Source: a virus (Duplodnaviria > Caudoviricetes). Taken from it: a stretch of 58,174 nucleotides of DNA. The stretch lies in the IMG/VR virus record IMGVR_UViG_3300018914_000034, positions 1 through 58,174 of that record. One strand, written 5' to 3'. This document shows, one piece after another, positions 1 to 9,200 of this stretch. Under the pieces are notes generated by a model that saw nothing but the letters and a program-made list of their open reading frames with translations, did not search any database and was not told where the DNA came from. The number at the start of each line of letters is the position of its first letter. Position 1 is the first letter of the stretch. Made by a program: the position numbers and the translations under genes.

Positions 1-126
1 GACCCGATCGCCGCGCTCTCCTCCCTTGTCGTGCTGGCAGCGATGATCCTGTTCGCCTACTTCGTCCTCCGTCCAGCACGGGACCTTGCTGCCGGCGCCG
101 CGGCTCATCTGACGCCTGCCGAATAG
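1..126 (+). CDS. 3' end of a host membrane protein (truncated by window edge)
   Basis: Frame 1 reads DPIAALSSLVVLAAMILFAYFVLRP...AE* (TAG 124-126); hydrophobic helix, host-like codon use. Confidence 0.6.
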   Translation, partial: DPIAALSSLVVLAAMILFAYFVLRPARDLAAGAAAHLTPAE

Positions 127-273
127 GTGCCGAGGCTCAGGGGCGGCCGCGGCCGCCCCGCCAATATTCCGTGGTTGGCAAACTGTCGGATCTTTCTCGA
201 CCCGAAGGATGCGGCCACCTGGGGACATTACGAAACGCAGGTTGGACCAACCGCGGCGCAGCCTCTGCGCAAC

Positions 274-300
274 AAAAAAGCCCCGCACAGGGCGAGGCTT
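274..300 (-). terminator. Intrinsic terminator, probably the native tRNA-Glu terminator left on the host side of the att site
   Basis: AAAAAAGCCCCGC-ACAGG-GCGAGGCTT hairpin with T-run on the minus strand, 15 bp beyond the tRNA 3'-end duplicate. Confidence 0.7.
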
Positions 301-314
301 GCCTATCGAACCTT

Positions 315-331
315 TGGCGCTCCCTAGGGGA
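315..331. repeat. att core, left copy (3' end of tRNA-Glu)
   Basis: TGGCGCTCCCTAGGGGA identical to 55172..55188. Confidence 0.95.
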
Positions 332-471
332 GCCTGAATAGCCTTTGCGATCAAGGTGCTACCAGGTGGTTCGCCACAGTGAGTTGCCCGTATGTTTCCG
401 TCTTGTTGAGCTAACCCCAGACGGCAGAACGATTGAGACTGCTCGTATCAACGCCTCACACATGCATGATC

Positions 472-984
472 TTATTCCTCAGGCTCGGGAAGGGGCTGAG
501 CCAGACCTCCGGCAGCGCCAATGCCGGTGTGGGGCTGGCTGATCTTGATGGCAGCGGGAAGCACTTGGACCGAAGCTTCGGCAGAGATTCCGAGTGGGTC
601 GGCAGGCAGAACGGCCCGCACGGCTGCCACCAAGTCTGCAGGCCTATATGGCTTGGGGATGAACAGCGCGCCTGATGGAAGATCGTTGGGCCGAGGCGGC
701 ATTCTGCCCGACGTCACCACAATCCCGATATGGGGCCATGCCTGCCTCACCACACGAGAGAGGGTGAAGCCATCCAGGGAGCCTGGCATCTCCACATCGG
801 TGACGAGGGCTCGAACGTCGGCTGTCGCCTCGAGCACGGTCAGGGCTTCATCCCCATTCACCACCTCAACGACTTTGAAGCCGCCCTCCTCTCGGAGCAC
901 ATCCGCGGCCATCATGCGAACGAGAGCCTCGTCCTCCGCCAGGAGGACAGTCGCCGGCTGCAGGCCGTCCCGATTGGTATTCAT
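472..984 (-). CDS. Single-domain response regulator (receiver) with C-terminal tail
   Basis: VLLAEDE acidic pocket, VTDVEMPG phosphoacceptor Asp, VTSG, FIPKPY Lys; no output domain. Confidence 0.9.
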   Translation of the reverse strand: MNTNRDGLQPATVLLAEDEALVRMMAADVLREEGGFKVVEVVNGDEALTVLEATADVRALVTDVEMPGSLDGFTLSRVVRQAWPHIGIVVTSGRMPPRPNDLPSGALFIPKPYRPADLVAAVRAVLPADPLGISAEASVQVLPAAIKISQPHTGIGAAGGLAQPLPEPEE

Positions 985-1229
985 GGGCGCCCTCGTCCCC
1001 TCGTCTGCACACAGTCAGGAGTGCTGGGGCGCTCTGGGCTGGGTGGCTTGAAGCCTCAGCCTGCCGAATGCAACCGGCGGCTGAAACCCTTTATAGCCCT
1101 CGAATTCGCTCCGGAGAAAGCGCGAAAGTGCCGCGCCCGATGGAGGGTCCCGTAGCCGTCCTACATGGAGCGGCTGCAGGAAGTTCGGGAGGCTAGGAAG
1201 GCCTGAGGCTCCGGGCTATTCTGTTGCGC

Positions 1230-1754
1230 ATGGCTATTCGTGCGCATGGGGCTCGCCGCCCCACCCCTGAACAACTCCGCTTCCGCGACCGCTATCGGCT
1301 GGCCAAGCAGGACCGAGCCGACTACCTGCGCATTGGCGCGGGATCGGCCCTGTTGGCCTTGGCGCTCTTCGTCTTCAGCTCGCTGATGTACGCGGCCAGG
1401 GCTGAGACCGTGGACGGCCGCCGGATCGTCATCATCGACGGCGACACCATTGATGTGGGCGGGGAGCGCATCCGCATCCTCAACATCGACGCCCCTGAGA
1501 GCTTTCGCTCGAGATGCGAAGCGGAACTGAAGCTTGCCCTGCGCACCAAGGAGCGTCTCGCCCAGCTCCTGCGCTCCGGGCCGGTCCAGATCGACCGGGA
1601 GGGGCAGGACCGCTACCGGCGCACCCTGGCGACCCTCAGGGTCAGGGAAGGCGATGTAGGAAGGATCCTGGTGAGGGAGCGGCTTGCCCTGCCCTGGCAG
1701 GAAGGCAGCGAGGCGAAGGAGGACCGGCTGCACGTATGGTGTGGGCATGGTTAA
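1230..1754 (+). CDS. Thermonuclease (SNase-like) with N-terminal membrane anchor
   Basis: IIDGDTI, RIRILNIDAPE and DRYRRTLA motifs; hydrophobic segment near the N-terminus. Confidence 0.92.
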   Translation: MAIRAHGARRPTPEQLRFRDRYRLAKQDRADYLRIGAGSALLALALFVFSSLMYAARAETVDGRRIVIIDGDTIDVGGERIRILNIDAPESFRSRCEAELKLALRTKERLAQLLRSGPVQIDREGQDRYRRTLATLRVREGDVGRILVRERLALPWQEGSEAKEDRLHVWCGHG

Positions 1755-1993
1755 GCGCCCGGTCCGTGCTCCACAACCAGCGTTAGAGCCACTCGAAGCA
1801 GCACCTGACCGGCATCGTCCCTGACTATCACGCGACAGGTGCGGTGGTCGTCGCCCTGGAGAGCATCCCTTGCTATCTCAGCTGAGGTCCTTTGGGCCTC
1901 CAGCTTGGCAGCCTCAAGGCTCGTAAGTTCCATTCCCTCAGAGTCGGCAACAAGGCGCTCGCCATCACAGGTGTCGAAGAAATAGCGAGGCAT
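1751..1993 (-). CDS. DUF6894-like small protein
   Basis: MPRYFFD..DG....D.EG.EL..LEAA..EA...VRDDAG pattern typical of this alphaproteobacterial family. Confidence 0.8.
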   Translation of the reverse strand: MPRYFFDTCDGERLVADSEGMELTSLEAAKLEAQRTSAEIARDALQGDDHRTCRVIVRDDAGQVLLRVALTLVVEHGPGA

Positions 1994-2047
1994 CGGCGCT
2001 CCACGGAACAGGACTCGTAACCGTCAACCCACGCGTGCGCCCATTGT

Positions 2048-2281
2048 TCAAACCGTCGCGGCCTCGCCTGGGTCATGCTCCTTGCCCACACGCGAGGTGC
2101 CGTCCTCCCTCTGGCCGGCTTGCTCGAGAGCCTGCGCCAGATCGCCGATCGACTGAGTCACTGCCTGTCGGAGGGCGAGCTCAGCCCGCGATCGTTCCAC
2201 CCTTTGCATCAGCTCGCCCATGGGAGCTCGGCTTAGTTGGCGCCCGGTGTCAGGGGTCTTCGGCTGATCAGCGGAGTTCAT
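2048..2281 (-). CDS. Hypothetical small helical protein
   Basis: ATG at 2281 within ORF 2048..2383; coiled-coil-like core ELMQRVERSRAELALRQAV; start uncertain. Confidence 0.45.
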   Translation of the reverse strand: MNSADQPKTPDTGRQLSRAPMGELMQRVERSRAELALRQAVTQSIGDLAQALEQAGQREDGTSRVGKEHDPGEAATV

Positions 2282-2770
2282 GGTCGGCTGGAGGTCAGGT
2301 GCGGAGTTCGACACGCGGAACCAGGCGCCCGCCGGGTCAAAGCAGCATGCAGTGGCTAGACCCGCAAGCGGCCACGTTTCCATTTCTCGGCACTCATACC
2401 AAAAGCTCCGCGGGCTGGGGAGATGTCACCTCTACCGGACGCCGAAACGTCGCAGGCGGATGAAGCCTGCAGCAGGAAAAGCTCTCCGAGCGGTGCTTGA
2501 TTTGGAAGGCGGCTACCATAGCTCACACTAACCTATGTTAATCGATACCGGCGGCGATCCATTGTTACTGCGGCTTCTAGAGATGCGTGTGTTCCCGAGG
2601 AACCCTATTGACCGGGCGCTTCTCTGCACCGCGCTGGCGGCAGCCCTCGTTGCCTGCCTGATCTGCTCTGAGCTGCCGTGAGCCAAGCACGGGATGTCCC
2701 AGCCTTTCGGCTTCCATAGTCGGGCGGGCGTGTAGCCGGCTCGGCCACAGTCACCCTTGCCAAGTCGATC

Positions 2771-3019
2771 TCACCTGGGCTGTGGCGCTGGCCTGATCTG
2801 CCCCTCCCAAACGAGGCGTTGCGAGCCGTCTTCGAGGCAGCGGATGTGATACTGGTACCCTGCCTCGCCAACCGGAAGCAGACGCTCGACCCGCCAGGTC
2901 CGATGCTCCTCCTTCGAGTCGAACGAGGTCACGAGGTGGAGGAAGCCCTCCGCAGCGTTCTGCGGAGCTGTCTTCGGATCGAAATGAACACAATCACCAA
3001 CCTTGAAGCGATGCGGCAT
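2771..3019 (-). CDS. Small beta-rich hypothetical protein (MxHRFKVG...YQYxI...RxVxExQI family)
   Basis: AAGGAAAGG RBS; motif pattern recalled from Methylobacteriaceae small proteins. Confidence 0.75.
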   Translation of the reverse strand: MPHRFKVGDCVHFDPKTAPQNAAEGFLHLVTSFDSKEEHRTWRVERLLPVGEAGYQYHIRCLEDGSQRLVWEGQIRPAPQPR

Positions 3020-3232
3020 GGCCTTTCCTTGCTGAGGACAATAACCTTAGCACCTGGCGCACCGCTCCCTTCGATCAAGTCTGGGCTACCCATTCGGCAT
3101 CGCTGGCGACTCTCACGCCAGCGCAAGAGTAGATCGGGAGCTGAGAGCACCAAGTTGACCTCGATCTTGCCCTGAACCTGCCTAGGTTCCATTCTTGCTT
3201 CAGTGGAAGAGCTAGAGTGTCAGGGAAGTCCA

Positions 3233-3595
3233 ATGCAATACGACCAGCTTCTTCCCCTCGAAGCAGTCCCGATCCGGGCCAGGCGCGCCATTCTCGATGT
3301 GTTCGACGGCCGCTGGCCGACTGTCCGGGAAGTGGCCCGGATCTCCGACAAGCAATGGCTGGCCACGCCTGGCGTCGGCCCCACCGTTCTCCGGGCTCTT
3401 CGCCAGGTTGCGCCCTCCGAGCATGGAGCGGACAATCACCCCTGCGCCTCCCGTCTCTCCGACGAAAAGCTGCTGGCGCGCCTCGAGCGCCTGCAAAACG
3501 AGCTTCAGAGACTTGATCATCAGGTCAGGAGCACCCTCGCGGAGCCTCCCCGGAACAGCAACCGCAGTCGGAGGGCGCCGCTGCTCTACACATAG
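3233..3595 (+). CDS. RNA polymerase alpha-CTD/HhH-like protein with coiled-coil tail
   Basis: PIRARRAI...PTVREV...WLATPGVGPTVLRAL resembles alpha-CTD (SVRA.N.L...LL.TPN.G.KSL.EI); AGGGA RBS. Confidence 0.65.
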   Translation: MQYDQLLPLEAVPIRARRAILDVFDGRWPTVREVARISDKQWLATPGVGPTVLRALRQVAPSEHGADNHPCASRLSDEKLLARLERLQNELQRLDHQVRSTLAEPPRNSNRSRRAPLLYT

Positions 3596-3608
3596 ACGAG
3601 CCCGAAGC

Positions 3609-3642
3609 AAAAAAGCCCGCCCAGGCAAGAGTCGAGGCGGGC
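3609..3642 (-). terminator. Terminator ending the late/lysis operon
   Basis: GCCCGCC/GGCGGGC stem with six T on the minus strand, downstream of the holin. Confidence 0.65.
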
Positions 3643-3721
3643 AAGTCTGGCAGGAAACACCCAGGAAGGGCATCTCCGCCGGCGGTGTACCTTCCGTCGG
3701 AGGAACTCGCGCGGGCAGCCT

Positions 3722-4075
3722 TCAAGCCTTCGGCCTTACCTGCCCAATGACGTCCAGCGGGCGGCGCCGGAAGGCCCGCCCGAGATTGTAGAGGCCCTGC
3801 GAGATCGACATGCCGAGCAGGCCGCACAGGAAGGCGGACGCGTGCTCGAGCTGCGGCGAGGCCACCGTGGCGAAGTACGGCGCCACATAGGCAATCGCGA
3901 AGGGTGTCAGGTAAATCGACGTCACGCAGCCGACCACGGCCGTGACGGTGCGCTGGAAGATGGACCCCCCTGCAAGCATGGCTGAAACAACGCCCCCGAA
4001 AAAGGAGGCGACGACGACCGATGCCTTCACACCGACGATGGCCTGAAACGGATCATGGATGACGGGATCGGCCAT
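3722..4075 (-). CDS. Putative holin (3 TM)
   Basis: 117 aa, three hydrophobic segments, basic C-terminus, lysis cassette position, AAGGGG RBS. Confidence 0.75.
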   Translation of the reverse strand: MADPVIHDPFQAIVGVKASVVVASFFGGVVSAMLAGGSIFQRTVTAVVGCVTSIYLTPFAIAYVAPYFATVASPQLEHASAFLCGLLGMSISQGLYNLGRAFRRRPLDVIGQVRPKA

Positions 4076-4108
4076 GCGTGCCCCCTTGTTGATGGTTGTG
4101 ATGCAGAT

Positions 4109-4723
4109 CTAGCCACCGACGCCGAGCTTGGCGGCCGTGGCCGTCTCCTCAAGGTCGAGCGCCCGGAAGATCTTGTTCTTGATCCCCTCGGGGCCGCCCA
4201 AGGTTTTCACCAGCCAGGGTGCCCCTTCGGTGAGGGCGTATTGCACCGCCTCGGCCAGCACCTTCGACCCGACGGAGACCGGGAGGGTCTTGCCCTTGCT
4301 CGCACCCTCCACGGCGTTCACGGCATAGGCCACGGCGTTGCGGATCAGGCGCTCGCCCAGGAAGGTGCGAAGGAACAGTCCCGCCGGCCCAGTCATCTTG
4401 GCGAGGAGGCCGAGCAGGATCGGCGTCAGCACCACGCTGGCGATGTGAGAGGTTTCGGCCAACCAGTCGCCGTAGGGGATCGACACCATGGTGCCGTCGG
4501 CCGCAAACGCCGGCAGGGCGATCAAGAGGGCCAGGAAGGCCCCGAGGCCTGCGGCAGGGCCGATCTCCCGTCCGAGGATGAGAAAGGCAGCGACAAGCCC
4601 GATTCCGAGGCAGGACAGGCCGATGCTGACGATCACGAGGTCTGGGACGAGCGGGGTCAGGACAAGGGACACCAGCGCAAGCGGCAGGGTCCATAGGGCA
4701 GCGGTGAGCAGTTTGGACTTCAT
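4109..4723 (-). CDS. Multi-TM lysis membrane protein, C-terminal half LL-H-holin-like
   Basis: 3-4 TM segments, PAFA-AD cleavage-like motif, NAVAYAVNAV..VLAEAVQY helix pattern; follows the endolysin. Confidence 0.6.
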   Translation of the reverse strand: MKSKLLTAALWTLPLALVSLVLTPLVPDLVIVSIGLSCLGIGLVAAFLILGREIGPAAGLGAFLALLIALPAFAADGTMVSIPYGDWLAETSHIASVVLTPILLGLLAKMTGPAGLFLRTFLGERLIRNAVAYAVNAVEGASKGKTLPVSVGSKVLAEAVQYALTEGAPWLVKTLGGPEGIKNKIFRALDLEETATAAKLGVGG

Positions 4724-4831
4724 GGCAGATCTCTGGGTGGGAGGTTGCCCGGCGATCCCGGCCGGGTGCGGGGTCCTTCAGGGGTGCAGCCGGTCGAGCG
4801 TGACGTCGGAATCGCCCTGAAAAATGAAGCG

Positions 4832-5545
4832 TCAGGCCTCGTTCCGAGACAGCGGGCCGCCGACTGCGGAGACCGGAACCCGCGACGCGTTCGGCAACGG
4901 CGCGGTCATCGGCCAGCGGATGCCGTTCTCCAGGAGCCGGTCGGTCGAGAACCAATCGTCGCGCACCCGGTTGCCCTGGTTGCCGCCGCGGATCTCCAGC
5001 GCCTTGCCGTCCGGACTGATGGACTTGATGAAGCCGGTGTGCCCCTGCCAGCCGTCCGGCGAGCCGCGCCAGAGCGCGACAACGGCGCCTACAGCGGGCC
5101 GATCGAGCGGCCGCCCGAACTTGGCCCAGCTGCGGGCCGCAAACGGGTTCGTCGGCAGCGGCTCGTTCGGCAGTGTGGCGGCGATGCACCAGCCGACGAA
5201 GGTGCCGCACCAGGCGGTCTCGTCATCCCGCCAGGAGGCCTTCAGGCGCTCGAGCCAGGACAGGATCGTCGGGTTGTGCTTCCGGCCGGCAACTTCCTGA
5301 AGCCCAAGGTGGCGCGAGGCTTCGGCATACCAGGGCACCAGCAGGGCGCTTTCCGGATTGTGCGAGCCGGTCGGAAAGAGCAGCCGCAGGGTTGCGGTGC
5401 CGGCGACCCCGTCCACGAACAGGCCCTTGTCGGCCTGGAAAGCCTTGATGGCCGCGATGGTCCGGCGGCCGAGGATGCCGTCCGCCGGGCCAGGATCATA
5501 GCCGCGCTGCCGCAGCGCGATCTGAACATCACGCACGCTCTGCAT
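4832..5545 (-). CDS. Endolysin: peptidoglycan-binding domain + NlpC/P60 (TIGR02594-type) peptidase
   Basis: GYDPGPADGILGRRT..FQ...GL.VDG PG-binding motif; DETAWCG, GHTGF, GGNQGN catalytic motifs; AGGAG RBS. Confidence 0.93.
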   Translation of the reverse strand: MQSVRDVQIALRQRGYDPGPADGILGRRTIAAIKAFQADKGLFVDGVAGTATLRLLFPTGSHNPESALLVPWYAEASRHLGLQEVAGRKHNPTILSWLERLKASWRDDETAWCGTFVGWCIAATLPNEPLPTNPFAARSWAKFGRPLDRPAVGAVVALWRGSPDGWQGHTGFIKSISPDGKALEIRGGNQGNRVRDDWFSTDRLLENGIRWPMTAPLPNASRVPVSAVGGPLSRNEA

Positions 5546-5565
5546 GGAGATCTCCTGTGGACATG

Positions 5566-5588
5566 AAAAAGCCGCCCTGACGGCGGCT
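5566..5588 (-). terminator. Intrinsic terminator between the fibre genes and the lysis cassette
   Basis: AGCCGCC-CTGAC-GGCGGCT hairpin followed by TTTT on the minus strand. Confidence 0.65.
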
Positions 5589-5613
5589 AGGCTGAGGTGG
5601 AATGTGTCGGCTG

Positions 5614-6282
5614 TCAGGCGCTGGGTGCGAGCAGCTCGTTCGCCCGCTGCTCGCCGAACGCATCGGCAAAGCCGGCCATCAGTTCCGGGAAGAGCGGATG
5701 CGCGTGCCGGATCTCCGAAATCGCGTCGAAGAATGCAGCCAGCCTCGGTCCCATGGCTTCGACGCCAGCCTTGATCACCAAGGTTTCCTCATCCGTAGCG
5801 CGGGCAAAGATGTCCGACTTGTAGGTGACGGCTCTCGGCGGCTCGGGCAGCAGCTCCAGCGTGTCCTCCCCCGGCTCATCGACGGGAACGATCGGCTCGC
5901 CGGTTTCCTCGTCGACGGGATAGATCCCGGCGCGGAGGTCGGCGAGCTCGCCGAGTGCGGGATCGGCGCCGGCGACGAGCTCCTCGGCCGCCTTGAACGC
6001 CCGATAAGCCTCCGTTTCGCGACGCCGTGTCTCGCCGGCCTCGTCGATATATTCCTCGTACCGATCCGGCCGGCCGCCGGCGACCAGGCGCCGCGCCGCC
6101 TCGAGCGCGAGGAGGCTCTCCTCCTCGGCCGCGAGCGCCTCGTTCGCCGCCAGGATCCCGGCGCGCGCCTCCGAGGAGAGGCGCGCCGGATCGACGGCGT
6201 CGAACGTGCAGACGAGGAAGCCGAGAGCGTTCCGGCGCCAGCGCCGGAGCAGTCCGCCGCTTGTGTAGTTATCAAGCTGCAT
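5614..6282 (-). CDS. Acidic protein downstream of the tail fibre, putative fibre assembly chaperone
   Basis: ATG 6282 overlaps the fibre 3' end with GGAGGA RBS; Glu-rich; C-terminal TYKSDIFARATDEE..FGEQRANELLAPS domain. Confidence 0.65.
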   Translation of the reverse strand: MQLDNYTSGGLLRRWRRNALGFLVCTFDAVDPARLSSEARAGILAANEALAAEEESLLALEAARRLVAGGRPDRYEEYIDEAGETRRRETEAYRAFKAAEELVAGADPALGELADLRAGIYPVDEETGEPIVPVDEPGEDTLELLPEPPRAVTYKSDIFARATDEETLVIKAGVEAMGPRLAAFFDAISEIRHAHPLFPELMAGFADAFGEQRANELLAPSA

Positions 6283-9200
6283 AGGAGGTTTCCTCCGAGA
6301 TCCGCGTGAGAGAGACGACCTCGGCCGTCCAGACAATCCGCTTTCCGGCGACGCCGGTCACTTGAACGGCCATCGACTGAGGCGTCGCATCTGGAACGAA
6401 AGAAACGTCCATGGAGGCCGTTTGCTCGAGATGGGTTGAAACGACGGCCGCCCCGGCGACGCTGCCGCCGGCGGATCGGCCGAAGCGGCATTGAAGCGTG
6501 TAATGCCCCAACTCCGTCCCGGCCGCCCCGTACTCCCGCGCCATGACGTTGATCGTCGCCGTCCCGCGCTCCCGCTCTCCGACGAGGATCCTCGGCGCGA
6601 GGTTCGTCGGCGTCGCGTCGGTCGTGACCCCTCGGAAGATCATCTTCTCCGGAGGCCGCGGACCGTAGCGGTTCATGGCGTCGAGGCCGTTCACGGCGTC
6701 CCGCTGGACGACCGCCTGAGCGCCGCCGGCCATGAGCCGGAAACCGGCCTGAGAGGCGACGGCCTTCATGTTGTCGTTCGATAGCTCCGGAAGGCTCGCC
6801 GTGTCGAAATAGGCGACGCGGCGAAGCCCCTTGAACTCCGAGACCCCGTCGCCGGTCCCAACGACGAGAACGTCGCGAGACGTGTCGACGTCGAGATCCC
6901 AAACGGAGGCCGAGGTTCCGCCAAGGAACGCCTTTGCGCCGTCCTGAAAGAGCGGAAGCTCGTCGCGATACATCTTCGCGATCTGTGCCGGCGTCGGCGC
7001 GTAAGCCGTCGCGCGGAGGAGCGCGAGCGAGCCGTTCGCGAGCGGAAGGGTGCCGGCGATCTGAAGGCCGATCCGGAAGAAGGCCGAGAGATTGGAAAGG
7101 CTGTTCGCCTCCCCGATCGTCGCGACCCTCAATCCATCGACCCAAAGCTCGAGCGTCCCCGCCCTCCGGAGAGCGACCGCAAAATGCCAAACCCCATCGT
7201 TGTAGGGATTGGCCGAGACGGCGTTCGTCAGCGTCGCGCCGTTGTTGGTCGATCGCCAGATGATCCGGCCCAATGCGTCGAAACGGCAGAGGAATCCATA
7301 TCCCGCCACGCCGTTCCCGCGCTCGAAGAACGTTTGATCGCCGACCGTCCCCTTGAACCAGAAGGGGAGAGCAAAGTCCCCGGTCCCGAAATCAAGATCC
7401 GAGACATAAGGCTGCTCAAGATAGTTCGCCGCGGAGAAGCCGGAGAGCGCGACGAGATCCGCCCCCGTCGCGACCGCCGTCCGCGAGAGCGTTCCGACGA
7501 CGGGAAGCGGCTTCCCCTTATAGGAGCGATCGAGGAGAGCGACCTTGATCGAAACGTTGTCCACGACGAACGTTCCCGCCGTCGACTTCCGGAAAAGGAT
7601 GTAATGCGTCGTGCGATCCGCCGTGAATTGCGCGACGATCTTTTGAGCGCCGTTCGGTCCGAGGTTGACATGCCAAGCGCCGCCGCCGTTGGCGGTTTGC
7701 GTGACCGCCACGGATGCCCCGCCGCTGATAACCTCGCATTCAAAGATATACGTCTGCCCGACGACGCACGTAATCGCCTGCTCGACGCTCACGACATTGG
7801 TCCCGTCATGGGTGACGGAAAGCTGCCCGTTCGAGACGGTCGCGTCCGATGTTCCCGCTTTGGTGACGGTCCATCCGGTCAGCCCTCCCGAAAAGTCGCC
7901 ATTCGAGACAAGGTTCGCGGTCCCGGTCACATTGCCCGTCGCGCCATCGCAAAGCCAAGCCCCGCGAATGTCCCCCGGTTGCCAACCTGTCGCATAGGCG
8001 AGCGCGGTATAGGAGACCATCGAATCGGCCTTGTTCCATTTGCTCCGCGCGATCTGCGTGAGAGCGACTTGGCTCCCTTGAGCGGCGTCCCCATTCGGAA
8101 AGACCGCGAGCGCGGTCGCGACGGCCGTCGGAAGCTTCGGATAGACAGAGGAGCCGCCGGAATATGTGTAATACTCCCTCTGCCATGCCGTCATGGTTAG
8201 ATCCGCATAGGGGATCGGACCGGCCCGGAAGCCATGTTCGGAGGCGATATCCTGCTCGATCAAATCGCCGTCGGCCGTGATGTGAGGACGGAGCGGCGTC
8301 CCGTTGCCGAGGCCGATATCATAGACCGCGCCGGTCGGATGAATCACGCTTGTTCCGCCAGCCGTTGCGACCGCCACCGTGGGGACCGGGAGTCCGGCCC
8401 CATCGAGCGGAGCGCCGGGAAGCGGCCGAGCGTGAACGCCGAAAACGTTACGGTCGACGATTCCCGCTTTGAAGTAGCCGCCGCCGTTCCCGCTCCACGC
8501 CAGCGTGTTGGCGTTCCTGAGTGCCAGGCCGAGCGGATACTGTCCCCAAAAGGACGAAGCGACATAGTTCGCCGTATCGTTCGGGAAGTCGAGGATGCTC
8601 AAGCCGCCGACGCCGGAGCCTCCGGCCATGCCGCCGCCGACATAGATCCGGCCGTTCACGGCAAAGACGGAGGTGAGGTTGATATTCGTCCCGATCGTCC
8701 CGGTCTGCCGGAGCGCATTGTTCCCGGCCGCAAAGAAGGTCATCCAATGTCGCGGAACGCCGGTCGCGATGTCGAAGTCCGTCAAGTCATATATCACGAG
8801 AGCGGGAACGGACGACGAGACGTTGTTGCGGAGGACGATCGCCGCGATCTTCGGGAAGTCGCGCTTCGCGCCGCGCGTCGCCGTGTTCAGCGCCTCTTGA
8901 TACCATGACGTGCCGGAGCATTTCGTCGTCCACTCGCCGCCGTCGCTGTCGCGGCGCGTGTCGTAGATGAATACGTCGACGATATCCGTCGCCGCGGCGA
9001 GAACCTTTTGCAAGGCCGGATAGAGGAGCGTCGTCGCGGGGCCGGAGCCGGCCACGCCTGCCGAGGCCGCGGCTTGCGCCGCCGAGGCCGCCGCGCTGTC
9101 CGAGAACGCCTTGAGCGCGTCCGCGAAAGTCGAAACGGTCTGCCATGCCTCCGTCGTGCCGACCGGACGGTATTCGAGGCCGGTCGGCCCCGCGCGGAAC

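Noticed and set aside
127-675. Short plus-strand ORFs across the left att site
   Set aside because: They cross the terminator/att junction or are antisense to the receiver gene; no RBS or recognisable motif.
2528-2541. Possible CtrA box
   Set aside because: CTAA-N6-TTAA does not fit TTAA-N7-TTAA.
985-3232. EcfG (GGAAC-N16/17-GTT) promoters for the left cargo genes
   Set aside because: Several GGAAC words are present but none that I checked had a correctly spaced GTT.
4748-4810. Imperfect GC-rich hairpin between the endolysin and the next gene
   Set aside because: No T-tract and many mismatches; cannot be distinguished from background folding by eye.
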